From: an uncultured Clostridia bacterium
GTDB lineage: Bacteria > Bacillota > Clostridia > Oscillospirales > Oscillospiraceae
NCBI GenBank assembly: GCA_945949735.1
Contig: CAMFFO010000001.1
Location: forward strand, 35,362 to 99,361
Reading direction: 5' to 3'
Length of the DNA: 64,000 bases
Each line of letters begins with the position of its first letter. Within the stretch, counting starts at the first letter, position 1. A model generated the notes under the pieces. It was not told the DNA's origin and ran no database searches. It worked only from the letters and a program-made list of their open reading frames with translations. Made by a program: the position numbers and the translations under genes. Below, piece by piece: positions 37,172-45,273 of the stretch.

Positions 37172-37939
37172 TCAAACCCCTCCTGTCAGCGCTTCATATC
37201 CCTTAGCTCCATCCAGTCCGTCAGGGGCAAATGCAACCACAGCCCCTTGTTTCCGGTTTCCAACTGTTACATCCTTCAAACGAAGCCCCAGCAGCATTCC
37301 ACTGCCGCCCACACTGCTGTAGGGAATCAGCCGAAGCCCGGGAATGGGCCCGTGCGCAAGGGTCTCCAGCGGGTGCTTCAGCTGCTCCCGGCTGAGCCCC
37401 GTGAGCTTTTGTGTCGGGGATGCTCCGATTACCAGGACACGTTCCCCGGTAACCGGGTCACGGAGGGTGTTTCCTGTATCCCGCAGGGCGGTCAGCTCTA
37501 CATTTCTCCCACCGTAGCACAGCCTCACCGGTATGTACTGGTTTTTCACTACACCATTTCCGGAGGTTATGACACACAGAATCCACACGCCCGCGGCACA
37601 GAGCAGTAAAAGAAGGAGCCCCGTTCTGCCAAGCCCCAACGTCACCCCACCCAATGCCGCACTGAGCAGCAGGAAGATCCCGCACCGTCTGAACGAACCT
37701 GGTTCCCACCCGAAAGCAATCCCCGTCAGAAGCGCCAGACTCACCACCCGCCACAAGCCCCCGGAAAGAAAGTGAAATCCTCGGATCAGGCATACTCCGC
37801 TGTACAAAGCGCCGAAAGCAGCCGCTAAAAAAATCCTTACGACCCCAGGCGGATATCCCGCCAGACGGTTTGTCCCCAAAAGAAGTAAAAAGTCCACGCA
37901 AAAGTTAAGAAATATCGCCAAATCCAGGTAGATCTCCAG
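37172..37939 (-). CDS. spoIIGA: Sigma-E processing peptidase SpoIIGA (start uncertain, probably CTG at 37939)
   Basis: IYLD..FLNF.VDFLLL N-terminus, DTGNTLRDP aspartic protease motif, RLIPYSSVG. Confidence 0.9.
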   Translation of the reverse strand: MEIYLDLAIFLNFCVDFLLLLGTNRLAGYPPGVVRIFLAAAFGALYSGVCLIRGFHFLSGGLWRVVSLALLTGIAFGWEPGSFRRCGIFLLLSAALGGVTLGLGRTGLLLLLLCAAGVWILCVITSGNGVVKNQYIPVRLCYGGRNVELTALRDTGNTLRDPVTGERVLVIGASPTQKLTGLSREQLKHPLETLAHGPIPGLRLIPYSSVGGSGMLLGLRLKDVTVGNRKQGAVVAFAPDGLDGAKGYEALTGGV

Positions 37940-38121
37940 GCAATCACCCCCTGTACCGGAATTAGTATATCCCTCCAAACCGGAAAAGTCGGTCGCAATT
38001 CAAGTATCGTTCCATCGCAAGTTCCCCAAGGGCACCCTCTCATTCCGGGTACTCCGAAGAATTGTCCGAGCTTTCCGCGCGCCTCCCGCGGGAAGGCTGT
38101 CGTGTGATCGCGTATGGACAA

Positions 38122-38164
38122 AAGGACAGGTCCGATACGGTTTTCCCACATCGGACCTGTCCTT
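38122..38164 (-). terminator. Terminator after DUF951 gene
   Basis: AAGGACAGGTCCGAT..ATCGGACCTGTCCTT 15-bp stem. Confidence 0.7.
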
Positions 38165-38358
38165 CAAGGCGTATTCGAATCCTTCCGTTCAATACTGCGT
38201 ATGTTCTTTTCGGCTTTATACCTGGGCGTCATCAGCTCATGACCGCAGCCCATGCACTTCAGGCGGAAATCCGCACCGGTTCTGAGCACAAGCCAACGCT
38301 TCTCCCCACAGGGGTGTGCCTTTTTCATCACCAAAATATCGTTCAGGCGTACATCCAT
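38164..38358 (-). CDS. DUF951 family protein
   Basis: MKKAHPCG..W.VLR.GADFRLKC.GC. Confidence 0.88.
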   Translation of the reverse strand: MDVRLNDILVMKKAHPCGEKRWLVLRTGADFRLKCMGCGHELMTPRYKAEKNIRSIERKDSNTP

Positions 38359-38374
38359 GGTTTTTCCCCTTTTA

Positions 38375-39634
38375 TCAGCCTTTAATCGCGTCCCAATACT
38401 GCTTCGCAGCCTGCTCCAGCTTATTCTGCCCGTATTCGTAGTATTTTCTGCCCACCAGCTCGTCCGGGAGGTACTGCTGTTTCACCCAGTGGCCCGGATA
38501 ATCGTGGGGGTACAGGTATCCCTGCTCCCGTTCCATAGTGTAGGAATCGGCGTGAACGTTCTGCAGATGCCTTGGAAAATCACCACCCATTCCTTTCTGA
38601 ACATCCGCCATCGCGGCATTGATGGCGTTGTAGGCGGAGTTGGACTTGGGAGAGGTTGCCATCAGCACCGCGGCGTCCCCCAGAGGAATCCGTGCCTCTG
38701 GCATCCCTACCATCAGCGCCATGTCCACACAGGATTTCACAATAGGCAGAATCATGGGATAAGCCAATCCCACATCTTCAGCCGCGATCACCATCAGCCT
38801 GCGGCAGGCGGACTGCATCTGCCCGGCTTCCAAAAGCCTTGCCAGATAGTGGCAGGCCGCGTCCGGATCCGAGCCGCGAATAGACTTTTGCAGTGCGGAT
38901 AGCAGATCAAAATGGTTGTCCCCTTCCCTGTCGGCACGAATAGCGCTCTTTTGTGTGACGGTTTTCGCGTCCTCCAGGGTCAGAGGAATCGTGTCCCCCT
39001 GGGGTACTCCCGCTGAAAACAGAACCTCCACAGCGTTCATTGCCTTACGCAAATCTCCGCCGCAGGCTCCGGCGATATACTCCAGAGCTCCCTCCTCAGG
39101 CTTTGCGTGAAGGGCTGTCCTGCGCTCCATATACTCCACCGCTCTGCATACAGCCTTCAGTGCGGCCTCTGCAGAGATCTGCTTAAACTCAAACACGGTA
39201 GAGCGGCTGAGAATCGCGTTAAACACGTAGAAATAGGGATTTTCCGTAGTGGACGCGATAAGGGTGATTTTCCCGTTCTCGATATACTCCAGCAGCGATT
39301 GCTGCTGTTTTTTGTTGAAGGACTGAATCTCATCCAGGTACAGCAAAACCCCATTGGGCGCCATAAAGGAATCCAGCTGCGCGACGATCTCCCTGATATC
39401 CCCGGTGGAGGCAGTGGTGGCGTTGAGTTGGAAGAGCTTCCTGCTGGTCTGCTTCGCGATGATATTGGCCACGGTTGTCTTTCCCGTCCCGCTGGGGCCG
39501 TAAAAAACCATATTGGGGATATTCCCGGAGTCGATCAGCCGGCGAAGAACGGCCCCCTTTCCAAGAATGTGCTCCTGACCATACACTTCATCCAGGGTCT
39601 GCGGTCTGAGAAGATCCGCCAGAGGCTGGTACAT
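38375..39634 (-). CDS. rarA: Replication-associated recombination protein A (RarA/MgsA)
   Basis: PLAD.LRP, GPSGTGKTT, STTENPYF, SALQKSIRGSD, SPKSNS, YLYPHDY. Confidence 0.95.
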   Translation of the reverse strand: MYQPLADLLRPQTLDEVYGQEHILGKGAVLRRLIDSGNIPNMVFYGPSGTGKTTVANIIAKQTSRKLFQLNATTASTGDIREIVAQLDSFMAPNGVLLYLDEIQSFNKKQQQSLLEYIENGKITLIASTTENPYFYVFNAILSRSTVFEFKQISAEAALKAVCRAVEYMERRTALHAKPEEGALEYIAGACGGDLRKAMNAVEVLFSAGVPQGDTIPLTLEDAKTVTQKSAIRADREGDNHFDLLSALQKSIRGSDPDAACHYLARLLEAGQMQSACRRLMVIAAEDVGLAYPMILPIVKSCVDMALMVGMPEARIPLGDAAVLMATSPKSNSAYNAINAAMADVQKGMGGDFPRHLQNVHADSYTMEREQGYLYPHDYPGHWVKQQYLPDELVGRKYYEYGQNKLEQAAKQYWDAIKG

Positions 39635-39880
39635 AGTTCCACTTCCTTCCATCGCTCAGGATTGAAAACGAACAGGCAGCGATTCCAAAGAACCGCTGCC
39701 TGGCGAAAAAATCGACACTTGGACGCAGCCTGTCACGAGTCCGCCGTCGGGATATCCGCAGATCTTTCCGCGGCATCGGCATCCCCCACTGCATCCGCCT
39801 TACAGGAATAGTATACCACGAATCCCGTGCAAATGGTGAAGAAACCTTGAACAGGCGGAAAAGAAACTGTATCCAATTCC

Positions 39881-40285
39881 TCAGGCAGGGTATCGGTTGC
39901 TGAGCAGCAGGAGGATAGGAATCGCCAGGGAAAAAATACTGACGGCCCAAGGATACATGGCCTTCCTGGAGAGGAACATCAGCAGCAGGCAGGCAGCGGT
40001 AACACCCAGCGGCCCCATCACAGCCATCTGCCGGGTCAAAGTCTGGGCAAAGGCGCCGTTGGACTGCAGATTGATCCCAACAACCTGGGGAAGATTTACT
40101 GAATTGTAGCGGGCAAGCTTGACCGCATAGTAGACCACGGGGGCAGCCATAAAAACCTTGCGCAGCTTATACAGAAGGTTCAGAATTACCTCGAGAACCC
40201 CCCCGATCTTCGCCAGAACCAGCATTGCCTTCTGCCAGAAGCTCTGCCCGGCCTGGTTCGTGGAAATCTCTTCGTTGTTATCCAT
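39881..40285 (-). CDS. Hypothetical membrane protein
   Basis: ORF with GGAGG RBS and 3 hydrophobic segments. Confidence 0.7.
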   Translation of the reverse strand: MDNNEEISTNQAGQSFWQKAMLVLAKIGGVLEVILNLLYKLRKVFMAAPVVYYAVKLARYNSVNLPQVVGINLQSNGAFAQTLTRQMAVMGPLGVTAACLLLMFLSRKAMYPWAVSIFSLAIPILLLLSNRYPA

Positions 40286-40379
40286 AGGAAACCTCCGGAG
40301 AAAACTTTCTCCTATCTTATCATAATTTCTCACTGAGCGCAAGGGTGAGGTGGTTTTCGCCAAAAAATCCTCCGGCATA

Positions 40380-40409
40380 GCATACAGTCCGGTTTATTGG
40401 ACATATGCA
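40380..40409 (+). promoter_or_regulatory. Putative sigma-E-type promoter
   Basis: GCATACA-15 bp-CATATGCA. Confidence 0.45.
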
Positions 40410-40450
40410 GCGGTATCATTTTCTCACACAGGAAAAGGAGGAATTGAATC

Positions 40451-40606
40451 ATGAAACTCACCAAATTACGCCGCTCAACTCCCTGCCCCGCATACCCCAA
40501 TGCCGCCAGCCGAAGTTATTATTTCCGAAAACTGGTGGATGTAGTAACTGCCATTGCATCTGGGATGGGCTTTCTGGCTGTGATGATTTTCTTCTTTCTG
40601 CTGTAA
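40451..40606 (+). CDS. 51-aa small membrane protein (absent from ORF track)
   Basis: AAGGAGGA RBS; MKLTKLRRSTPCPAYPNAASRSYYFRKLVDVVTAIASGMGFLAVMIFFFLL. Confidence 0.7.
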   Translation: MKLTKLRRSTPCPAYPNAASRSYYFRKLVDVVTAIASGMGFLAVMIFFFLL

Positions 40607-40608
40607 TT

Positions 40609-41379
40609 TCAGTTCTTTGCATTCTCACGGTAGAGGAACGCCAGACCCTTTAAAAGCAAATCCTTGTCATAGATCATGGGCGTTTTGCACAGGGGAGCAA
40701 TATATTTCGCGATTCCGCCGGTAATCACCACAGTGGCCTTTTGGCCCAGCTCTTCCTCCATGCGCTGCACCATGCCGTCCAGCATACAGGCATTTCCCAT
40801 CATGATGCCGCTGCGCATACAGTCGATGGTGTTTCGGCCGATGGCCTTCCTGGGCTGATCCAACTGCAGCCCGGGAAGCAGCGCGGTACGTTCCGTCAGG
40901 GCGTCCAGGGAGATCTTCACACCTGGGCAGATGCAACCGCCAATCAGCGCGCCGCTGTCGTCCAGGACGGACATGGTGGTGGCGGTTCCCATATCCACTA
41001 CAATCAGGGGAGGCTTGTGCTCCCGCAGGGCGGCAACGCTTCCAACTACCAGATCCGCACCGGTCTGGGAAGGGTTCTCAACCCGGATGTTCAGGCCGGT
41101 TTTCAGTCCGGGACCCACAACCAGGGCCGTTTTCCCAGTCAGTTTTTTGATTGCGGTCTTAATGGAGTTCAGCACCTGGGGAACAACGGAGGAAATGATG
41201 GCGCCTTCCACATCCTCCTGCTTAAACCCGTATACGTCCAGAATAATCTTCACATCAATGCAGTATTCGTCCGAGGTTTTCGTGGGCTCGGTACGAAGCC
41301 TTGCCTCAAAGGCGATGTTATTCCCCTGAATTCCCCCAAGAACAATGTTGGAATTGCCGATATCCACTGCGAGAATCAT
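40609..41379 (-). CDS. coaX: Type III pantothenate kinase
   Basis: AVDIGNS, ISSVVP, GAD, VDMGTATT, GGCICPG, ITGG. Confidence 0.95.
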   Translation of the reverse strand: MILAVDIGNSNIVLGGIQGNNIAFEARLRTEPTKTSDEYCIDVKIILDVYGFKQEDVEGAIISSVVPQVLNSIKTAIKKLTGKTALVVGPGLKTGLNIRVENPSQTGADLVVGSVAALREHKPPLIVVDMGTATTMSVLDDSGALIGGCICPGVKISLDALTERTALLPGLQLDQPRKAIGRNTIDCMRSGIMMGNACMLDGMVQRMEEELGQKATVVITGGIAKYIAPLCKTPMIYDKDLLLKGLAFLYRENAKN

Positions 41380-41873
41380 TTTGCTCCCTCCAAATCAGAC
41401 TGCCGCAGAATCCTGCAGCTTACAATTTTTCCGCCGGAAACCTCCATCAGCCCCGCGCTGCCTCCAAAATATCCGCAGCTTCCTGGGTTCAGCACCCACA
41501 TACCATCCGGCTCCTGCCGGCACTCCGACACATGGGTGTGGCCGTAAAGCACGGCTGCCGAATGGCTGGCCCGGGCATCCCGGATAAGAAGTCCGGTATT
41601 CATCTTCACGTTGTGCCTGTGTCCGTGGGTCATGTAGAGCGGAACCCCCAGCACGGGCTCGATTCGAATCTCCTGGGTCCCCATGGGACAGCGGAAGCGG
41701 TCGCAATTCCCGGGGACCTGAAATAATGGGATATCGGGAAACTCCTCCGCCAGGACCTGGCCGTCGTCAAAGTAATCGCCCAAGTGGACAATGGCGTCGG
41801 GGCAGACCGCCTCGACACAGCAGCGCATAAACGAAATGGCGGAATGGGAATCCGACAGGACAAGAATTTTCAT
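41376..41873 (-). CDS. YfcE-family metallophosphoesterase
   Basis: SDSH, HLGD, GNCD, THGH, GHTH, NPGS. Confidence 0.92.
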   Translation of the reverse strand: MKILVLSDSHSAISFMRCCVEAVCPDAIVHLGDYFDDGQVLAEEFPDIPLFQVPGNCDRFRCPMGTQEIRIEPVLGVPLYMTHGHRHNVKMNTGLLIRDARASHSAAVLYGHTHVSECRQEPDGMWVLNPGSCGYFGGSAGLMEVSGGKIVSCRILRQSDLEGAK

Positions 41874-41963
41874 AGAGTGCTTTCCTTTATTGTTTGCATA
41901 CCCGGATTATAGCATACACGGCTGCAAAATACTACTGCCCCTCCCGATTTTTTTCTGAAGGAG

Positions 41964-41991
41964 CACAATCCACGTTCCCGGAACATATAGT
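41964..41991 (+). promoter_or_regulatory. Putative sigma-K/sigma-E-type promoter
   Basis: CACA-16 bp-CATATAGT. Confidence 0.5.
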
Positions 41992-42019
41992 AGAGCATAC
42001 CAATCCGGGAGGGATCAAT

Positions 42020-42250
42020 ATGCCGAATAACGCCGGTCCAAACATGGATTCAACCGAGCTCATACGTCTGGCGCAAAGCCCAATCGGCCGGAAGCTGCTG
42101 ACCATGCTGCAGGAAAGCGGCGGGCAGGAGCTGCACAGCGCCATGGAAAAAGCCTCCGGCGGGGATTACCGGGACGCCCAGAAGGCCATCCAGGCTTTCC
42201 TGTCCAATCCAGAGGCCAAGGCGCTGCTGGAACAGCTAAGGAGGCAGTAA
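42020..42250 (+). CDS. Small hypothetical helical protein
   Basis: GGGAGG RBS; stop overlaps the next start (TAATG). Confidence 0.75.
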   Translation: MPNNAGPNMDSTELIRLAQSPIGRKLLTMLQESGGQELHSAMEKASGGDYRDAQKAIQAFLSNPEAKALLEQLRRQ

Positions 42251-42588
42251 TGGACGAAATGGAACAGAAACTGGGGGCTGTTCTGGGAAATCCGGAGCTG
42301 ATGCAGAAGATCATGGCCATGGCCCAGTCCCTGGGACAACCAGCCCAACCGGCCCAGGAGCCGCCCCCGGCTCCGGAAATGGATTTCGCCATGCTCCAGC
42401 GGCTGTCGGGACTTGCCCGGCAGAGCGGCATTGATTCCCAGCAGCGGGCTCTGCTCACGGCACTGAAACCGTACCTCAGCAATGAGCGGGTCTCTAAGCT
42501 GGAAAAAGCCATGCGCGCCGCGAAGCTGGCAAAGCTGGCATCCTCCATTCTGGGCTCCGGCGCGATCCAACTACCCTCAGGCAGGTGA
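42250..42588 (+). CDS. Hypothetical protein (LL.ALKPYLS.ER motif)
   Basis: AAGGAGG RBS; translational coupling; motif recurs in clostridial putative spore proteins. Confidence 0.8.
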   Translation: MDEMEQKLGAVLGNPELMQKIMAMAQSLGQPAQPAQEPPPAPEMDFAMLQRLSGLARQSGIDSQQRALLTALKPYLSNERVSKLEKAMRAAKLAKLASSILGSGAIQLPSGR

Positions 42589-42592
42589 TACC

Positions 42593-42994
42593 ATGTATAA
42601 TCGATACATCCCCCAATCCGACGGAACCTTCCGCCGCAGCACCGTTCAGGAAAGACCACCTCAGGCTCCAAACCCGGAGCGCGTCGCCCGGAAGGAGAAT
42701 CCGGCACCGCCCTCTCAGATGCCGTCTCAGCCCCAGGCAGAAAAGTGTCCCCAACCGCCGCAGCCGAGACCGGAGCCCCGCCAGCGACCCCGGGGGCAGC
42801 GTCCGGCTAAGCCCTGTCCGATTCTCCGGGAACCCCGGGAAACCAGCGCGGGAGCCTTCCTGCGCAATCTGCTGCCCAGGGACTTGGACATCGGTGACCT
42901 GCTGATTATTGTGCTTCTGCTGCTCATGGCAGGGGATTGCCCCGAGGATCAGAACAACGCCCTGCTGACGCTGGCAATCTACTTATTTCTGTGA
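42593..42994 (+). CDS. Pro-rich hypothetical protein with hydrophobic C-terminal hairpin
   Basis: AGGTGA RBS; MYNRYIP start; DIGDLLIIVLLLL..LLTLAIYLFL. Confidence 0.78.
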   Translation: MYNRYIPQSDGTFRRSTVQERPPQAPNPERVARKENPAPPSQMPSQPQAEKCPQPPQPRPEPRQRPRGQRPAKPCPILREPRETSAGAFLRNLLPRDLDIGDLLIIVLLLLMAGDCPEDQNNALLTLAIYLFL

Positions 42995-42995
42995 C

Positions 42996-43045
42996 AACCG
43001 GGAAAGAATCCGCCGTGGAGCTCCATAGCGGATTCTTTCCCGGTT
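42996..43045. terminator. Bidirectional terminator
   Basis: AACCGGGAAAGAATCCGC..GCGGATTCTTTCCCGGTT 18-bp stem. Confidence 0.8.
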
Positions 43046-43052
43046 ATTGTTA

Positions 43053-44069
43053 TTATTTTGCCAGGAAGCCGACCTTCTTGTAGACCTTCCGCAGGGTCTT
43101 TTCCGCGACATAGCCCGCCTTCTGGGCGCCGTCCCGGTACACGCCTTCCAGATAAGCCTTATCCTTCAGCAAGCGGGTGGTCTCCTCACGGATGGGCCGC
43201 AGGCACTCAATCACAGCGTCGCCCACCGCGGGCTTGAACACGCCGTAGCCCTTCCCGTCAAATTCCGCTTCGATTTCGGCATAGCTCTTTCCGGTGACGG
43301 CGGAATAAATACTCATCAGATTTGACACGCCGGGTTTCTTCTCCGGATCAAAGTGTACGCAGAACTCAGTATCGGAATCGGTAATGGCACGCTTGAACTT
43401 GCGCTGAATGTCCTCGGGCTTTTCCATCAGGAACACGCAGCCATCCGGAATGGACTTGCTCATCTTGGTGCTGGGGTCGTTCAGGCTCATGATCCGCGCT
43501 CCGGTTTCCGGAATGAAGGGCTCAGGAACCTTGAAAACATCCCCATAAATGCCGTTGAAACGCTTGGCGATATCCCGTGTCAGCTCACAGTGCTGCTTCT
43601 GGTCATTTCCCACGGGAACCAGATCCGGCTGGTACAGCAGAATATCCGCAGCCATCAGCGACGGATAGGTAAAGAGGCCTCCATTGACGTTTTCGGAATG
43701 CTTGGCCGCCTTATCCTTAAACTGGGTCATCCGGCTGAGCTCTCCAAACATGGTATAGCAGTTTAAAACCCAGCCAAGCTCTGCGTGTTGATGGACATGG
43801 CTCTGGACAAACAGGGTATTCTTCTCCGGATCCAGACCGCAGGCAATGTACTGTGCCAACTGCTCCAGGGTTCTGCGCCGCAGGTCGGCAGGATTCTGCC
43901 GGACGGTGATGGTGTGCAGATCCGCCATAAAGTAGAAGCACTCATACAGATCGGAACGGGCCCCCCAGTTCCGGATAGCCCCCAAATAATTACCCAGATG
44001 CAGGTCACCACTGGGCTGGATACCGGACAGCATTCTCTTCTTCGGCTCGGCAGTAACAACTTCACTCAT
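43053..44069 (-). CDS. trpS: Tryptophan--tRNA ligase
   Basis: SGIQPSGDLHLGNYLGA, YPSLMAADIL, VGNDQKQH, KMSKS. Confidence 0.97.
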   Translation of the reverse strand: MSEVVTAEPKKRMLSGIQPSGDLHLGNYLGAIRNWGARSDLYECFYFMADLHTITVRQNPADLRRRTLEQLAQYIACGLDPEKNTLFVQSHVHQHAELGWVLNCYTMFGELSRMTQFKDKAAKHSENVNGGLFTYPSLMAADILLYQPDLVPVGNDQKQHCELTRDIAKRFNGIYGDVFKVPEPFIPETGARIMSLNDPSTKMSKSIPDGCVFLMEKPEDIQRKFKRAITDSDTEFCVHFDPEKKPGVSNLMSIYSAVTGKSYAEIEAEFDGKGYGVFKPAVGDAVIECLRPIREETTRLLKDKAYLEGVYRDGAQKAGYVAEKTLRKVYKKVGFLAK

Positions 44070-44103
44070 GTACGTCACGTTCCTTTTTTGTAAATGTAGG
44101 GAT

Positions 44104-44132
44104 ATTCTAGCACAGATACATTCCGTGCGCAA
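44104..44132 (-). promoter_or_regulatory. Putative internal sigma-A promoter of trpS
   Basis: TTGCGC-17 bp-TAGAAT with TG extension. Confidence 0.55.
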
Positions 44133-44139
44133 GGGATTT

Positions 44140-44952
44140 TTACTGCTCCCGCCATCGGCTATCCCCCACTTTTTGCAAAACGTCCAGAATATGATGGGAT
44201 ACGCCCACCATATCAACACGCTCACAGATGGAGAAATGATACTGAAGGTACATTTCAAAAAGCGCATCATCCATTTTATCAACGGATTCACGCATATAGT
44301 TTGTTGCCATGTCTGCCCCAACATAATGGAGCCTTTTTACCGAGAACCCATCCATGACGGCATCAATGTCCTCTCTCCGGCAGAGCCGGAAAAGCTCCGA
44401 CGGATCAGAGGCAGCCTTGAAGGTCACAGGATCCACCAGATCGTGATACCTTTTTTCTCGCAGCAACCCTCTGCCGAAATAATACTGGATCATCGTTGCA
44501 TCGTTTCCGCAGTACGCGGCAAAAATGACACCTCCCGGCTTTGTAACCCGAATAGCCTCGGACAGAGCCTTCCGCTGATCCTCCAAAGAAAACAGATGGT
44601 ACATCGGGCCAAGAAGCAATGTAATATCGTAGCGATCGTCGGCAAAGGGCCGCAAATCCAACGCATTCCCCTGCTGAATTGTTACCGTCTCCCCCGGCGT
44701 GGTATTTCGTTTGAAGATGTCAATATTGTGTTCCACCAGTTCCACCGCATCGACCGTATAACCCCTTTGCGCCAGGGCGTGGCTGTATCGTCCTGTGCCT
44801 GCACCGATTTCCAGGATACTCGCCCCGGGGAAGAGGTACTTTTCAATATAGCGCATCGTTGTCAAGAATTCTACCATACCATGCTTAGACCGCAGCCGGG
44901 CATCCTCATCGTAGCACGAGTAGTACTCTGTCAAAACCTTCTCTGTTTTCAT
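44140..44952 (-). CDS. Class I SAM-dependent methyltransferase
   Basis: ILEIGAGTGRY, GNALDL, LGPMYHL, RVTKPGG. Confidence 0.92.
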   Translation of the reverse strand: MKTEKVLTEYYSCYDEDARLRSKHGMVEFLTTMRYIEKYLFPGASILEIGAGTGRYSHALAQRGYTVDAVELVEHNIDIFKRNTTPGETVTIQQGNALDLRPFADDRYDITLLLGPMYHLFSLEDQRKALSEAIRVTKPGGVIFAAYCGNDATMIQYYFGRGLLREKRYHDLVDPVTFKAASDPSELFRLCRREDIDAVMDGFSVKRLHYVGADMATNYMRESVDKMDDALFEMYLQYHFSICERVDMVGVSHHILDVLQKVGDSRWREQ

Positions 44953-44970
44953 TTTCTCCCCTCCTGCAAT

Positions 44971-45009
44971 AAAAAAAGATGTAAGCCCACGAAACCGTAA
45001 GCTTACACC
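44971..45009 (-). terminator. Attenuator terminator upstream of the methyltransferase
   Basis: GGTGTAAGCTTACG-GTTT-CGTGGGCTTACATC-TTTTTTT on minus strand. Confidence 0.75.
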
Positions 45010-45030
45010 GCGGAATTCCAATTCTCCGGC

Positions 45031-45132
45031 TTATTTCCGGAAATCAGCGCACAACAATGTAAGCCCCTCCCAAGGCCGCCAGGCAGGAACGAGCTGAGCC
45101 GCAGTATTCGCAATACAATTGCAGCCGATCAT
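45031..45132 (-). CDS. 33-aa leader peptide (uORF)
   Basis: GGAGG RBS; MIGCNCIANTAAQLVPAWRPWEGLTLLCADFRK; lies between promoter and terminator. Confidence 0.65.
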   Translation of the reverse strand: MIGCNCIANTAAQLVPAWRPWEGLTLLCADFRK

Positions 45133-45155
45133 TGTGATTCCTCCGTTTCCCTGTA

Positions 45156-45184
45156 ATGGTATCACCGGTTTTGTAGAAAGTCAA
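45156..45184 (-). promoter_or_regulatory. Sigma-A promoter of leader/methyltransferase
   Basis: TTGACT-17 bp-TACCAT. Confidence 0.65.
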
Positions 45185-45206
45185 GTTTCAAAAATCAAGT
45201 CCAGAA

Positions 45207-45235
45207 TTGATTTCTCCTTCTGTATGTGCTATAAT
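45207..45235 (+). promoter_or_regulatory. Sigma-A promoter of gltX
   Basis: TTGATT-17 bp-TATAAT with TG extension. Confidence 0.75.
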
Positions 45236-45273
45236 CCGGTTTGTAATTTATGAGAAAAAAGAGGTAGAAACTT

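Noticed and set aside
40405-40653. 82-aa + strand ORF
   Set aside because: No RBS and overlaps coaX; the RBS-bearing 51-aa ORF in another frame is better supported.
44953-45150. T-box riboswitch for trpS
   Set aside because: No GGTGG.ACCGCG T-box or specifier stem I visible; the layout fits a uORF attenuator.
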